A stretch of DNA of 54,490 bases from Gammaproteobacteria bacterium (GCA_050302415.1 JBNLBB010000003.1:1-54490), one strand, 5' to 3'. Shown: positions 30,977-41,255, counted from the stretch's first letter. Program-made: numbers and translations. Notes: generated by a model not told the origin, from the sequence alone.

Positions 30977-31621
30977 TCAGTCCGCCGCGAAGCAGTAAAA
31001 CAGTCCGGCCCCGCCGGTCTTGGTCAGGTCATCCTGGCTGCAGCCCCGCGAGGCGTGCGCCGAACTCCATGAGGGATTGCCGCCACCGTGACGGTCATGG
31101 TGACCGACCTGTGCACTGCCGGTGCTGTTACTCGTCCAGTTGTTGCAGGTGTGGTCGTCGGCATCCGGAAAATAGGCGGTGCCGTCGTCCATGGAGCCGG
31201 TGAGGATGTCGTGCTCGTTGGGTTTGTCGCCGCGTCCCTTCACCCGGTTGCCTTTTTCGTCCAGCGCGGTCTCCAGGGTGATGGTGGTGTTGTAGAGGTG
31301 CAGGTCGGTGGTATTGGTGGCAATCAGAATGCCCTTGGCGTTGTACCAGGGGCCGTTGCCGATTCGGCTGCGTGCGAAGACTCCCCGCTTGCCATCCTCT
31401 TCGGTGCTCAAGTAGGCGCGCCATTCGCGGTTGCCGGCACCGGCCGCCGCCGCCAGTTTTTGGCAGTGCGCGTCCGCACCCTTCAGTCCGCCCAGGTTGC
31501 CGCCGTCGCCCATACCGACGCTGGTTACAAAAAAACCCATGGGTCGGTCGTCAGCTTGCAGCGCGCTCACGGACAACAGCGCACTGGTCCCCAGCACAAT
31601 CGCAATCGCTTTGCTCTTCAT
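30977..31621 (-). CDS. Secreted endostatin / C-type-lectin-fold-like protein
   Basis: Signal peptide; FFVTS, NLGGLKGADAHCQ, WRAYLST, HDILTGS, CNNW, GC, LFYCFA. Confidence 0.75.
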   Translation of the reverse strand: MKSKAIAIVLGTSALLSVSALQADDRPMGFFVTSVGMGDGGNLGGLKGADAHCQKLAAAAGAGNREWRAYLSTEEDGKRGVFARSRIGNGPWYNAKGILIATNTTDLHLYNTTITLETALDEKGNRVKGRGDKPNEHDILTGSMDDGTAYFPDADDHTCNNWTSNSTGSAQVGHHDRHGGGNPSWSSAHASRGCSQDDLTKTGGAGLFYCFAAD

Positions 31622-31793
31622 TCGGGTTCTCCTTGGAAAGACTGCTTCGGAACTGAAGCGGTTGGGTATGTACTCGCGCTGCGTCGTGAAAGGCGCGCGC
31701 GGAGTGCCAGAAAAATTAGCACAGTCAACTGTTCATTAATATTGACAGGACGCAAGAATCGAACCGGTAATTTCGCCGCGCAACAGTGCTGCG

Positions 31794-32996
31794 CTACAGC
31801 ATAAGCGTGGGTGTGTTTCCGGCGTTGCCCATCGCTTTACGCATCAATATTTTTTTGGGCAGCGAGGCCTTTTCCGCAAGCTGTAAACCGAGATTGCGCG
31901 CCAGGCGCAGCGGTGCCAGATTGTTGGAAAAGAGGCGGTGAAATCCGTCCATCGCAAACTGGACGGCCAGATTGTCGGTGCGGCGTCGGGATTCATAACC
32001 GCGCAGCAGCGCCAACTCACCCAGGCGCCGATGTTTCGCGTACCCCTCCGCCAGCGTTTCAGCCAGCACGGCGGCGTCCAGGAATCCCAGGTTCACCCCC
32101 TGCCCGGCCAACGGATGGATGGTGTGCGCCGCGTCGCCCACCAGCACGATGCCCGGGCGCGCATAGGTGGCGGCATGCTGCAGGCGCAGTGGAAAGGCGC
32201 CGCGCGGCCCCAGCTCCTCAATCGGCCCCAGCACGCCGCCGAGTGCCACCTCCAGCTCTCCGCGGAACCCGTCATCATCCAGCTGCAACAGCCAGTCCAC
32301 CTGCGCCGCGGAGGCGTGCCACGCCAGCGAACTTCGCCCATCGGGCAGTGGGAGCAGGGCGACCGGGCCGCCCGGTAGAAACCGCTGGCGCGCAATGGCG
32401 GCGTGGTGGTCACGGGTGCGCAGGTTGCCGACGATGGTTTTCTGGCCGTAGGACCAGCCAAAGGTGCGGATGCCTGCAAAGCGGCGCACCTGTGACTGTC
32501 CACCATCCGCACCCACCACCAGCTGGCAGTCCAGGTGACTGCCATCGTCCAGCATCGCGCGCATGCCCAACGGACCGAGCTCAATGCCCCGCAGGCTCGC
32601 GCCGGCGTGGCGTTGGACGGCGGGCAGTTCACCGAGCCGTTCCCACAATGCGTACTGGATCAGATCATTTTCGATGATGTGCCCCAACAGCGGTTCGCCC
32701 AACTCGGCGGCGCTAAAATGGATCGCGCCGTTCCCGGTGGCGTCCCACACCGCCATGCCGGTGTAGGGCGTGATGCGACCGGCAGCGATGCGCGGCCAGG
32801 CGCCAAGCCGGGAGAGCAGGCGCTGCGAGGCCGGGGAGATGGCGGAGACCCGCAGGCCGATGGTCTCCCCCGGTGGTGCTGCCGGAGGGCGGGGTTCGAT
32901 GATCGCCACCGCCAGTTCGCTCTGGGCAAGCGCCGCGGCCAGAGCCGCCCCAACCATGCCACCACCGACAATGACGACATCGACCGTGCGTTTCAT
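31794..32996 (-). CDS. ubiI: Ubiquinone FAD hydroxylase UbiI (VisC)
   Basis: GGGMVG, RVSAIS, GHIIEN, GADG, GDAAHTIHPLAGQGVNLG; follows ubiH. Confidence 0.8.
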   Translation of the reverse strand: MKRTVDVVIVGGGMVGAALAAALAQSELAVAIIEPRPPAAPPGETIGLRVSAISPASQRLLSRLGAWPRIAAGRITPYTGMAVWDATGNGAIHFSAAELGEPLLGHIIENDLIQYALWERLGELPAVQRHAGASLRGIELGPLGMRAMLDDGSHLDCQLVVGADGGQSQVRRFAGIRTFGWSYGQKTIVGNLRTRDHHAAIARQRFLPGGPVALLPLPDGRSSLAWHASAAQVDWLLQLDDDGFRGELEVALGGVLGPIEELGPRGAFPLRLQHAATYARPGIVLVGDAAHTIHPLAGQGVNLGFLDAAVLAETLAEGYAKHRRLGELALLRGYESRRRTDNLAVQFAMDGFHRLFSNNLAPLRLARNLGLQLAEKASLPKKILMRKAMGNAGNTPTLML

Positions 32997-34177
32997 GCCG
33001 CCCCCGACCGCAAGGCGTCGCGCCCCAGCGCCCGATTCAGAAACCGGCGGCGCAGCCCGGGGGCCAGGGCTAGGCCCGCCATGCCCGCCGCGCGCAGTGA
33101 ACGCAGGGGCAGCGCACCGGCCCGGGCCAGGAGGTCGCTCATGGCCACGGTATGGCGCTGGTCGTCACGCCGCGCCTCGGCGTAGGCCTGGAGCAGAGCA
33201 GCGTCCCCCGGATCATCGCAATCTGCCACCCGGCTGATCAACTCCACCGCGTCACGCATTCCCAGGTTGAGCCCCTGGGCGCCGATCGGGTGCAGGGTCT
33301 GTGCCGCGTTCCCGGCGAGCACGATCCGGCCGTGGACATGGCGTTGCGCCCGATGCAGCGCCAGCGGATAGCCGGCACGGGGTCCGAGCCGGCCCAGACG
33401 GCCGAGATGCTGACCCAGGTAACGCTGCAGCGCGCTGCGCAGGGTGTCGTCGGAGGCATCCAGCAATTGCTGAATCCGGTCGCTGCCCGCCGACCAGATG
33501 ACGTGGCAGCAGCCGAGCCCCGGGAGAACGGCGATGACGCCGTGATCGGTGAAAATCTCAAACGCGGTGCGGTTCGGCGGGAAGCCCGGCTGAAGCGTGG
33601 TGATCAGGGCGCTCTGCCCGTACTCACTGCGGGTGGACTCGATGGCGGATTGCTGGCGCAGGGTCGACTCGGCGCCATCGGCGGCGATGGCCAGCCGGGC
33701 CCTGATCGCCCCCAGGTTTGCGCCGCCATGCAGTTTCAGCTCCACGCACTCGCCGCGGTCCACCGCCTGCTCGACCCGGGTGCCGCGCAGATAGTGGATG
33801 TCGGGTTTGGTGGCCAGCCGGGAGAACAGGGTTTCGCCCAGGGTGTGCGCCGACAGGGTGTATCCCAGCGCCTCCACTCCGGCGTTCCGGGCTTCGAGCC
33901 ACAGCGGTGGCGGGCGGCGCCACTCCGACACACGCACCCGGCAGATGGGCGCCGCCCTGCGCTGCAGATCGGGCCAGATCCCGAGCAGACCGAGGAACTG
34001 GCGGCTGGTCCAGGAGAGCGCGTAGGCCCGGTCATCGTACACTCCGGGGAGATCGCCGGGATCCGCATCGATGAGCGCGATCCGGACACCGGGCGCGGCC
34101 AGCCCCAACGCGAGCGAGGCGCCGACCGCTCCGGCACCGGTGATGGCGATGGCGTATTCGGGTGTGGCTGAGGGCAT
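32993..34177 (-). CDS. ubiH: 2-octaprenyl-6-methoxyphenol hydroxylase UbiH
   Basis: GAGAVG, DDRAYALS, AADG, GNAAQTLHP..QGLNLG (UbiH-type GNAAQ). Confidence 0.82.
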   Translation of the reverse strand: MPSATPEYAIAITGAGAVGASLALGLAAPGVRIALIDADPGDLPGVYDDRAYALSWTSRQFLGLLGIWPDLQRRAAPICRVRVSEWRRPPPLWLEARNAGVEALGYTLSAHTLGETLFSRLATKPDIHYLRGTRVEQAVDRGECVELKLHGGANLGAIRARLAIAADGAESTLRQQSAIESTRSEYGQSALITTLQPGFPPNRTAFEIFTDHGVIAVLPGLGCCHVIWSAGSDRIQQLLDASDDTLRSALQRYLGQHLGRLGRLGPRAGYPLALHRAQRHVHGRIVLAGNAAQTLHPIGAQGLNLGMRDAVELISRVADCDDPGDAALLQAYAEARRDDQRHTVAMSDLLARAGALPLRSLRAAGMAGLALAPGLRRRFLNRALGRDALRSGAA

Positions 34178-34445
34178 GCCGCGAGCATGGACGATGGGAT
34201 GCTGCGCTGCATTGATCGGGGACAGTTAGGCTCCCACTGTCACCGGTTGACCGGGCAGCCACCCGTGCGGCGGTCTCCCGGTGCGGAGCGTCCCCGTGTC
34301 CAACCCGTTTTCTGGTCCGAAACCGGGATTGCTTATTTGCCAATCGTTGATCTGGCGCAGGCCCTGGGGGCCTACCCTGGCGCTAGTCTAGGTCTTCCAG
34401 AAAGGACCGTTCACCGCACGGGGGAACGGCGTGGGAGGTATCGTC

Positions 34446-35900
34446 ATGTTTGAAACACAGTTGTTGATTGGAGGGGCGGAGCGTCCGGCCTCCGGCGTGG
34501 CAAGGTATGACCGGATCAATCCGGTGACCGGTGAGGTCGCTTCGCGTGCCGCCGCCGCCGGGGTGGACGACGGAATAGCCGCGGTGGAAGCGGCCGGTGA
34601 GGCCTTTCCAGCCTGGTCCGCAACACCACCCGGGGAGCGCCGAGGACTGTTGCTGAAGGCGGCCGATGTGCTCGAAGCCACGACCGGTGATTTCATTGCC
34701 AGGGGCGTGGCCGAAGTGGGTGGTGCACCGTTGTGGTACGGCTTCAACTGCATGCTGGCGGCTGGGATGCTGCGCGAAGCGGCCGCGCTTACCACCCAGG
34801 TGGGGGGAGAGGTGATCCCGTCCGATGTGCCGGGCAACCTCGCGCTGGCGGTTCGTCAGCCGGCGGGCGTGGTACTGGGCATGGCGCCGTGGAACGCGCC
34901 GGTGATTCTCGGGGTGCGCGCCGTGGCAGCGCCGCTGGCCTGTGGCAACACCGTTGTACTGAAGGCGTCCGAAAACTGTCCGGCGCTGCACAGTCTGATT
35001 GGCGCGGTCTTCCAGGAGGCCGGATTCCCGGATGGCGTGGTGAACGTGGTGACCAACGAACCGTCACAGGCTCCGGCGCTGGTGGAGGCGATGATTGCTC
35101 ATCCGCGGGTGCGCCGGGTCAACTTCACGGGCTCGACCCGCGTTGGGCGGATCGTGGCCCAGGTCGCCGCCAGATATCTCAAACCTGTGCTCCTGGAGTT
35201 GGGCGGCAAGAACCCGCTCCTGGTGCTGGACGATGCCGACTTGGATGCGGCGGTGGAAGCGGCAGCCTTCAGCGCATTCTTCAATCAGGGGCAGATCTGC
35301 ATGTCGGCGGATCGGATCATTGTGGATCGCCGGGTGGCGGATACCTTCGTTGAGAAATTTGCCACCAAGACGCGCACCCTGCGGGCGGGCCCGCCGGGGG
35401 CGGAGGGCATGGCGCTCGCCGCGATGGTCGATGCCAAGGCGGCGGAACAGGTCCGGGAACTGGTGGATGAGGCAGTGGCCAAGGGTGCGCAGCTGGTGGG
35501 CGGAACGCCGGATCTGGAGGGCAGTGTGCTTCAACCCTCCATCCTGGATGGCGTGGATTCCAGCATGCGCTTTTATGGAGAAGAGTCCTTTGGGCCGGCG
35601 GTGGCCATCCTGCGGGTGGATGGCGACGACGAGGCGGTGCGGGTCGCCAACGACACTGAGTATGGCCTCTCCGCCGCGGTGTTCAGTCGGGATATCGGTC
35701 GCGCCATGGCGGTGGCGCGGCGTATCGAGACCGGTATCTGCCACGTGAACGGCCCCACGGTGCACGATGAGGCGCAAATGCCTTTCGGTGGCGTGAAGGC
35801 AAGTGGCTACGGGCGCTTTGGTGGTCGGGCGGGAATCGAGGCATTTACCGATCTGCGCTGGATCACCATCCAGAGCGAACCACGACACTATCCCATCTGA
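34446..35900 (+). CDS. Aromatic aldehyde dehydrogenase (vanillin/salicylaldehyde DH-like)
   Basis: APWNAPVILG, FTGST, ELGGK, NQGQICM, EESFGP, HVNGPTVHDEAQMPFGG. Confidence 0.88.
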   Translation: MFETQLLIGGAERPASGVARYDRINPVTGEVASRAAAAGVDDGIAAVEAAGEAFPAWSATPPGERRGLLLKAADVLEATTGDFIARGVAEVGGAPLWYGFNCMLAAGMLREAAALTTQVGGEVIPSDVPGNLALAVRQPAGVVLGMAPWNAPVILGVRAVAAPLACGNTVVLKASENCPALHSLIGAVFQEAGFPDGVVNVVTNEPSQAPALVEAMIAHPRVRRVNFTGSTRVGRIVAQVAARYLKPVLLELGGKNPLLVLDDADLDAAVEAAAFSAFFNQGQICMSADRIIVDRRVADTFVEKFATKTRTLRAGPPGAEGMALAAMVDAKAAEQVRELVDEAVAKGAQLVGGTPDLEGSVLQPSILDGVDSSMRFYGEESFGPAVAILRVDGDDEAVRVANDTEYGLSAAVFSRDIGRAMAVARRIETGICHVNGPTVHDEAQMPFGGVKASGYGRFGGRAGIEAFTDLRWITIQSEPRHYPI

Positions 35901-35906
35901 CCGGAA

Positions 35907-35940
35907 GGACCCCGCCCAGCTCTGTTCCGCGGCGGGGTCC
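35907..35940. terminator. GC-rich hairpin between convergent genes
   Basis: GGACCCCGCC-N14-GGCGGGGTCC. Confidence 0.5.
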
Positions 35941-35947
35941 GTTCAGG

Positions 35948-36631
35948 TCAGTGTTTGAGCCCGATTATCCAGGTTACCAGCGCGGTCGCCTGAGCCTGGT
36001 CCAGTGCAACGTTGGGTGGCATGAACTGCATGTTGGCGTCGTGCCATTTTTTCTCCCCCGCCCGGGTCCCGTGGAGGACGGATTGGGTGAGTTTTTTCAC
36101 GGCATCGGGTTGTCCGCCAAAGCGGGCGGCAATGGCACTGAACGCTGGGGCCAGAGGTATCATGCGTGGGTCGCTCTCCGGATTGAGACGATGGCACGCG
36201 AAGCAGCCGCTGATGGTGGCCAGCGCCATCATCTGTTCATGCAATTGCACTGCTGGCCCGGATCCTTCTGCCGTATTCAGCGAGAGAATCCAGTTCACCA
36301 GGGTGGCCGCTTCGCTACGGTTGATGTTGAGATTGGGGGGCATGAAACGCATTCCGATACTCCCACTCCAGTTCTGCTCGCCGTACACTGTGCCGCGCAT
36401 GACGCGTTGCGTCAGGTACTCGAACGCATTCGGATTCTTCTGATAATGGGCTGCTATCTGCCGGTAGGAGGGTGCGAGCGGTGTTTGTTGGTTCTCGGCA
36501 GCATCTACCCTGTGGCAGAGAAAGCATCCGCTTTGGGTCGCGAGGTCGAGCATTGGGTCAGCTGCTGCCAAACCGGCTAATCCAGCCCATAATCCCAACC
36601 CGATAACTAAGTGCCTAAAACGCAATAACAT
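35948..36631 (-). CDS. Periplasmic dihaem cytochrome c (two tandem c551/c552-like domains)
   Basis: Signal peptide; CFLCH and CFACH, each followed by a distal FMPPN Met ligand. Confidence 0.88.
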   Translation of the reverse strand: MLLRFRHLVIGLGLWAGLAGLAAADPMLDLATQSGCFLCHRVDAAENQQTPLAPSYRQIAAHYQKNPNAFEYLTQRVMRGTVYGEQNWSGSIGMRFMPPNLNINRSEAATLVNWILSLNTAEGSGPAVQLHEQMMALATISGCFACHRLNPESDPRMIPLAPAFSAIAARFGGQPDAVKKLTQSVLHGTRAGEKKWHDANMQFMPPNVALDQAQATALVTWIIGLKH

Positions 36632-36870
36632 GATTTGTTCCTCTCTATTAACCCTAAAGACGGATATAGCCGGTAGTCCAAATTCTAGCTGCCGCAAATT
36701 ACGGGCCAAGGGTAGGAGGCTCCAGATTCTGTCCTTTTACAATGACGGCTCAGTGCTAGGTAAACACTTTGTTGCAAAACCCTGTTGCAGAGTGTCGCAA
36801 TAATGCACCGCGGCGAACGTTCCTCTGCCTCAGTTGCCAATCGGAACCAGGCTAACCGATTGAAGAGACT

Positions 36871-37299
36871 GTGAGTCAGGCTGTGGTGTACAGCCTGCTG
36901 GCCGATGGCGTGCTGGTGCTCCATGCCCTGTTTATTGCATTTGTGTTGTTCGGTCTGATACTTACCCTGCTGGGTGGCCTGCTTGGCTGGGCATGGGTGC
37001 GACATCGGACCTTCCGCTGGTTGCACCTGATCGCCATCGGGGTGGTGGTGGCCCAGGCGTGGCTTCAACTGGTCTGCCCCCTCACCACCTTGGAGATGTG
37101 GCTTCGCTATCAGGCCGGTGAGATGGTCTACGGCGGCAGCTTTATTGCCCACTGGCTGCAGTCATTGCTCTTTTTCACAGCTCCGCACTGGGTGTTTGTC
37201 CTGGCTTATACCGGGTTTGGCGCTCTGGTGGCGGGCAGTTGGTGGTGGGTGCCGCCCACCAATTCGTCCACCGGCCCGCGCGGCGAAACCGAGTCCTGA
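36871..37299 (+). CDS. DUF2784 membrane protein
   Basis: LADGVLVLH, LHL, CPLTTLEMWLR, SFIAHW. Confidence 0.82.
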   Translation: MSQAVVYSLLADGVLVLHALFIAFVLFGLILTLLGGLLGWAWVRHRTFRWLHLIAIGVVVAQAWLQLVCPLTTLEMWLRYQAGEMVYGGSFIAHWLQSLLFFTAPHWVFVLAYTGFGALVAGSWWWVPPTNSSTGPRGETES

Positions 37300-37455
37300 T
37301 CGGATACAGGTTTCGCTCAGGGTGCCGCGCACCACAACCGATAAGCCGCTGCGAAACAGCATTCCGTCTGCTTCCGGGTGAACCCTTGGGACCGCGTGTC
37401 GATCTAAACCGGAAGGCGTAACCGCTCGCCGCGGAAAGCAAATCAGGAAATCACC

Positions 37456-38601
37456 ATGCGCTCCATTCTGGTTCTTGGTGCGGGCAAGATCGGTTCCCTG
37501 GTGGCCGCCCTGCTTTCGAGCACGGATGACTACGTCGTGTGCCTGGCGGACCGGCGTCCGCCCGACGCTAATGAATTGCAGGGTGAAGTCCCCAGCCAGC
37601 ATTGCCGGCGGACCATCATCGATGTGGGCGATGGAGCAGCCCTGAACGGGCTTCTTTCCACGGGCCGTTTCGATGCCGTGATCTCCGCCCTGCCCTACTA
37701 CTGCAACCTCCCGGTGGCCGAAGCGGCGCGGCGCTACGGTACGCACTATTTCGATCTGACGGAAGATACGGTGGTGAGCGCCGCGATCCGCCGGGTGGCG
37801 AGGGGAGCTGAACAGGCGTTTGCCCCTCAGTGCGGCCTCGCGCCGGGGTTCGTCAGCATCGCGGCCAATGATCTGGCGCAGGGATTTGATCGCCTGCAGC
37901 GTCTCGCTCTGCGGGTCGGTGCCCTGCCACTGCACCCGTCCAATGCCTTGAAATACTCCCTCACCTGGTCCACCGATGGACTGATCAACGAGTATGGCAA
38001 CCCGTGCCAGGGAATCGAACAGGGACGCCTGCTGACACTACAACCGCTCGAGGGCTACGAGACCGTCGAGATCGACGGCGCCCTCTACGAGGCGTTCAAC
38101 ACCTCCGGTGGCCTGGGCACCCTTGCAGAGAGCTATGCCGGACGGGTTCGTACGCTGAACTACAAGACGCTGCGCTATCCCGGGCACTGCGAAAAGATGC
38201 GCCTGTTGCTGTTCGATCTGGAGCTTAACGATGATCGCGATACCCTGCGCCACATCCTGGAGCGGGCAATTCCCAAGAGTGTGCAGGACGTGGTGGTGGT
38301 CTATGTCAGCGCCATCGGGTACCGGGGCACGGAGCTGCACGAACGCAACTATGTGCGCAAGCTTTACCCCCGGATGTTGGCTGGACGTCAGTGGAGTGCC
38401 ATTCAGATGGCCACCGCCAGCGCTGTGTGTGCCATGGTCGAGCTGGTGCTGGAGGCGCCCGGAAAATACCGCGGCGAAGTGCGTCAGGAGCAGATTCCGC
38501 TGATCGAGTTTCTCGCCAACCGTTTCGGTGCTTACTTCCGGCCAACCGGGCCGACGACCGAGGAGGAGAGCCATGTCGATCCTGCAGCAGCTGCAAATTG
38601 A
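37456..38601 (+). CDS. Saccharopine dehydrogenase family protein, probable lysine 6-dehydrogenase
   Basis: GAGKIG, YFDLTED, CGLAPG, TWSTDGLINEY, EAFNTSGG, YKTLRYPGH. Confidence 0.85.
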   Translation: MRSILVLGAGKIGSLVAALLSSTDDYVVCLADRRPPDANELQGEVPSQHCRRTIIDVGDGAALNGLLSTGRFDAVISALPYYCNLPVAEAARRYGTHYFDLTEDTVVSAAIRRVARGAEQAFAPQCGLAPGFVSIAANDLAQGFDRLQRLALRVGALPLHPSNALKYSLTWSTDGLINEYGNPCQGIEQGRLLTLQPLEGYETVEIDGALYEAFNTSGGLGTLAESYAGRVRTLNYKTLRYPGHCEKMRLLLFDLELNDDRDTLRHILERAIPKSVQDVVVVYVSAIGYRGTELHERNYVRKLYPRMLAGRQWSAIQMATASAVCAMVELVLEAPGKYRGEVRQEQIPLIEFLANRFGAYFRPTGPTTEEESHVDPAAAAN

Positions 38602-40099
38602 ACGGGTTCATTCCGGGGCCTGCGGCGGCCCGGGTGGCTGGCTGGAACACGCCGATGCGGCACCGCTGGCCTCAGTCAATCCGGCCACCGGTGAAGTGAT
38701 GGCGTCAGTGGCCCGGGCTACCGAAGCAGACTGCGAGTCTGTGCTGTCCGGAGCCCAGGCGGCCTTTCTGCACTGGCGCACCGTGCCTGCGCCGCAGCGT
38801 GGTGAGATCGTGCGCCAGATCGGCTTGCGGCTGCGCGAGGTCAAGGACGCCCTGGGGACCCTGGTGGCCATGGAGACGGGAAAGATCAAAGCCGAGGGAG
38901 ATGGCGAGGTGCAGGAGATGATCGATCTGGCCGATCTGGCCGTGGGTCTGTCGCGCCAGCTCTATGGACGCACCATGCATTCTGAGCGCCCGGCGCACCG
39001 GCTCTACGAACAGTGGCACCCACTGGGAGTGGTCGGGGTGATCACCGCCTTCAACTTTCCGGTCGCGGTCTGGTCATGGAATGCCCTGATCGCGGCCGTG
39101 TGCGGGGATACTGTGGTGTGGAAACCCTCCTCCAAGGCGCCACTGTGTGCCATCGCGGTGCAGCAGATCTGCAACGAGGTGATGCGCGACAACGGCCTGA
39201 GCGGCCTATTCAACCTGTTGCTGCCCGAGGATCAGGGGCTGACCGAACGGCTCGTCGACGACCGGCGTCTGGCGCTGATCTCCTTCACCGGCTCGACCCG
39301 CACCGGGCACGCCGTGGCGCGACGGGTGAGTGAGCGCCTTGGTCGTTCGCTGCTGGAACTGAGCGGCAACAACGCCATCATCGTTGATCAGAGTGCCGAC
39401 CTCGATCTCGCCACCCGGGCTATCGTATTCGGTGCCGTGGGCACGGCCGGCCAGCGCTGCACCACGACCCGGCGCGTGATTGTGCAGGATTCGGTACTAC
39501 CCCAGTTACAGCAGCGTCTGCTGGCCGCGTACCGCCAGATACCGGTCGGCGACCCGTTGGCCGAGGGGGTGCTGATGGGGCCGCTGATTGACGCCGAGGC
39601 GGTGGCGAATTTCGAAAAGGCGGTGGCCACGGTGTGCGCTGCAGGCGGAGAAATCCTCTACGGTGGTTCGCGCCTGCCCGGCCCCGGTCACTTTGTGCAG
39701 CCGACCCTGGTGCGCGCGGAGAATCACTGGGCCGTGGTGCAGCACGAAACCTTTGCCCCCATTCTCTACCTCATCACCTACCGCCATTTCGAGCAGGCGA
39801 TCCGGCTGCTCAACGCCTCGCATCTTGGTCTCTCCTCGGCGCTTTTCAGCAACGATCTGCGCCACGTGGAGCAGTTCCTCTCTGTTGCGGGGAGCGATTG
39901 TGGTCTGGCCAATGTCAATATCGGCACCTCGGGGGCAGAGATCGGCGGCGCTTTCGGCGGCGAGAAGGAGACCGGCGGCGGGCGCGAGGCGGGATCGGAC
40001 GCCTGGCGGGCCTACATGCGGCGGCAGACCAACACCATCAACTGGGGAGGTGAGATGCCGCTGGCCCAGGGCCTCCGCTTCGAGCTGTCGGACCTCTGA
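38573..40099 (+). CDS. ALDH7 family piperideine-6-carboxylate / aminoadipate-semialdehyde dehydrogenase
   Basis: GEVQEMID, TAFNFPVAVW, GTAGQRCTT, SDCG..NVNIGTSGAEIGGAFGGEKETGGGRE. Confidence 0.92.
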   Translation: MSILQQLQIERVHSGACGGPGGWLEHADAAPLASVNPATGEVMASVARATEADCESVLSGAQAAFLHWRTVPAPQRGEIVRQIGLRLREVKDALGTLVAMETGKIKAEGDGEVQEMIDLADLAVGLSRQLYGRTMHSERPAHRLYEQWHPLGVVGVITAFNFPVAVWSWNALIAAVCGDTVVWKPSSKAPLCAIAVQQICNEVMRDNGLSGLFNLLLPEDQGLTERLVDDRRLALISFTGSTRTGHAVARRVSERLGRSLLELSGNNAIIVDQSADLDLATRAIVFGAVGTAGQRCTTTRRVIVQDSVLPQLQQRLLAAYRQIPVGDPLAEGVLMGPLIDAEAVANFEKAVATVCAAGGEILYGGSRLPGPGHFVQPTLVRAENHWAVVQHETFAPILYLITYRHFEQAIRLLNASHLGLSSALFSNDLRHVEQFLSVAGSDCGLANVNIGTSGAEIGGAFGGEKETGGGREAGSDAWRAYMRRQTNTINWGGEMPLAQGLRFELSDL

Positions 40100-40127
40100 A
40101 CCGCGGGCGCCACAGTGAGCGAGGGTT

Positions 40128-41255
40128 TCAGTCGGCGCGCTGCAGGTCGGCCATCACCGCGGCGAGAAATCGCCCAGCCTCGCCGCCGGTTACCGCGCGG
40201 TGATCGAAGGTAAGCGACAGGGGCAGAATCCGGCGCACCGCCGGCATACCCTGGTGGGCTACCACCGCTTCGCGGATCACCCCGGCGCCGAGGATCGCCA
40301 CGGTAGGCGGCAGGATGATCGGGCTGGCGTAACGCCCGGCGATAGTGCCGAAGTTGGAGAGGGTGAAGGTGTATCCGCGCATCTCCTCAACGGGAATGCT
40401 CCGGGCGGCCACGTCCGCTTTCATCCGCTCCAGACCGCGACGCAGGTCTTCAGCAGAGCGTCCCGCGATGTCCCGGAGCACGGGCACGAAGAGACCCTCG
40501 GGCGAATCCACGGCAATGGCCAGGTCAATCTTTTGGATCAGGCGCCGCCCTATGGCGTGGCTGTCATACCATGCGTTGAGGGCAGGCTCGGCGCTGCAGC
40601 CGGCGGCGATGGCGCGGATCAGGCGCAGGGTGGTGTCCGCATGGTCCCTCCAGGCCTGGATGTCCGTATCGTCGTTGAGGGTAACCGGGACCACCTCGGC
40701 GTGGGCGCGGGTCATGTTCTGAGCCATGGCGCGGCGCACCCTGCGCAGGGGTTCCAGTGGTCCCATGGCGGCCAGAGTCTGGGCCGCCCGCTCCACGTCG
40801 GCCGCGGTGATGGTGCCGTCCGGTCCCGAAGGTCTGACGATCCCGAGATCGACCTCCAGCCGCCCTGCCAGGGCGCGCACTGCCGGTGTTACGCGAATGC
40901 CGTTGCGCCCGGAACCGGTCGCCACCGGGTGCATCGGTACCGTCTGACGCTGGTGGGCAGACAGGGCGGGCGCTGGCGACTCTTCCACCTTGCCGACCAC
41001 CGCGCCAGCGTCACGACGGGTTGTTTCATCGAATTCCACCAGCGGGTCGCCGGTGTGCACGATGTCGCCGGGATGGCAGTAAAGCCGGGCGATGGTGCCG
41101 CTCTGCGGTGCGGGGATTTCGACAATGGCCTTGGCCGTCTCGACTGCCACCAGCGGCTGGTCGGCCACCACGTGGTCGCCGACACTCACGTGCCAGGTCA
41201 CCAGTTCGGCTTCGGGCAGTCCTTCGCCGAGGTCGGGCAGGTTGAAGATTTTCAT
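40128..41255 (-). CDS. 2-oxoacid dehydrogenase E2 (single lipoyl domain)
   Basis: PDLGEG, ETAKA lipoyl Lys, TPAVR..SGPDG subunit-binding domain, FDHRAVTG. Confidence 0.92.
   Translation of the reverse strand: MKIFNLPDLGEGLPEAELVTWHVSVGDHVVADQPLVAVETAKAIVEIPAPQSGTIARLYCHPGDIVHTGDPLVEFDETTRRDAGAVVGKVEESPAPALSAHQRQTVPMHPVATGSGRNGIRVTPAVRALAGRLEVDLGIVRPSGPDGTITAADVERAAQTLAAMGPLEPLRRVRRAMAQNMTRAHAEVVPVTLNDDTDIQAWRDHADTTLRLIRAIAAGCSAEPALNAWYDSHAIGRRLIQKIDLAIAVDSPEGLFVPVLRDIAGRSAEDLRRGLERMKADVAARSIPVEEMRGYTFTLSNFGTIAGRYASPIILPPTVAILGAGVIREAVVAHQGMPAVRRILPLSLTFDHRAVTGGEAGRFLAAVMADLQRAD

Noticed and set aside
37300-37455. Lysine riboswitch before the lysine dehydrogenase gene
   Set aside because: Region is short and I see no L-box consensus
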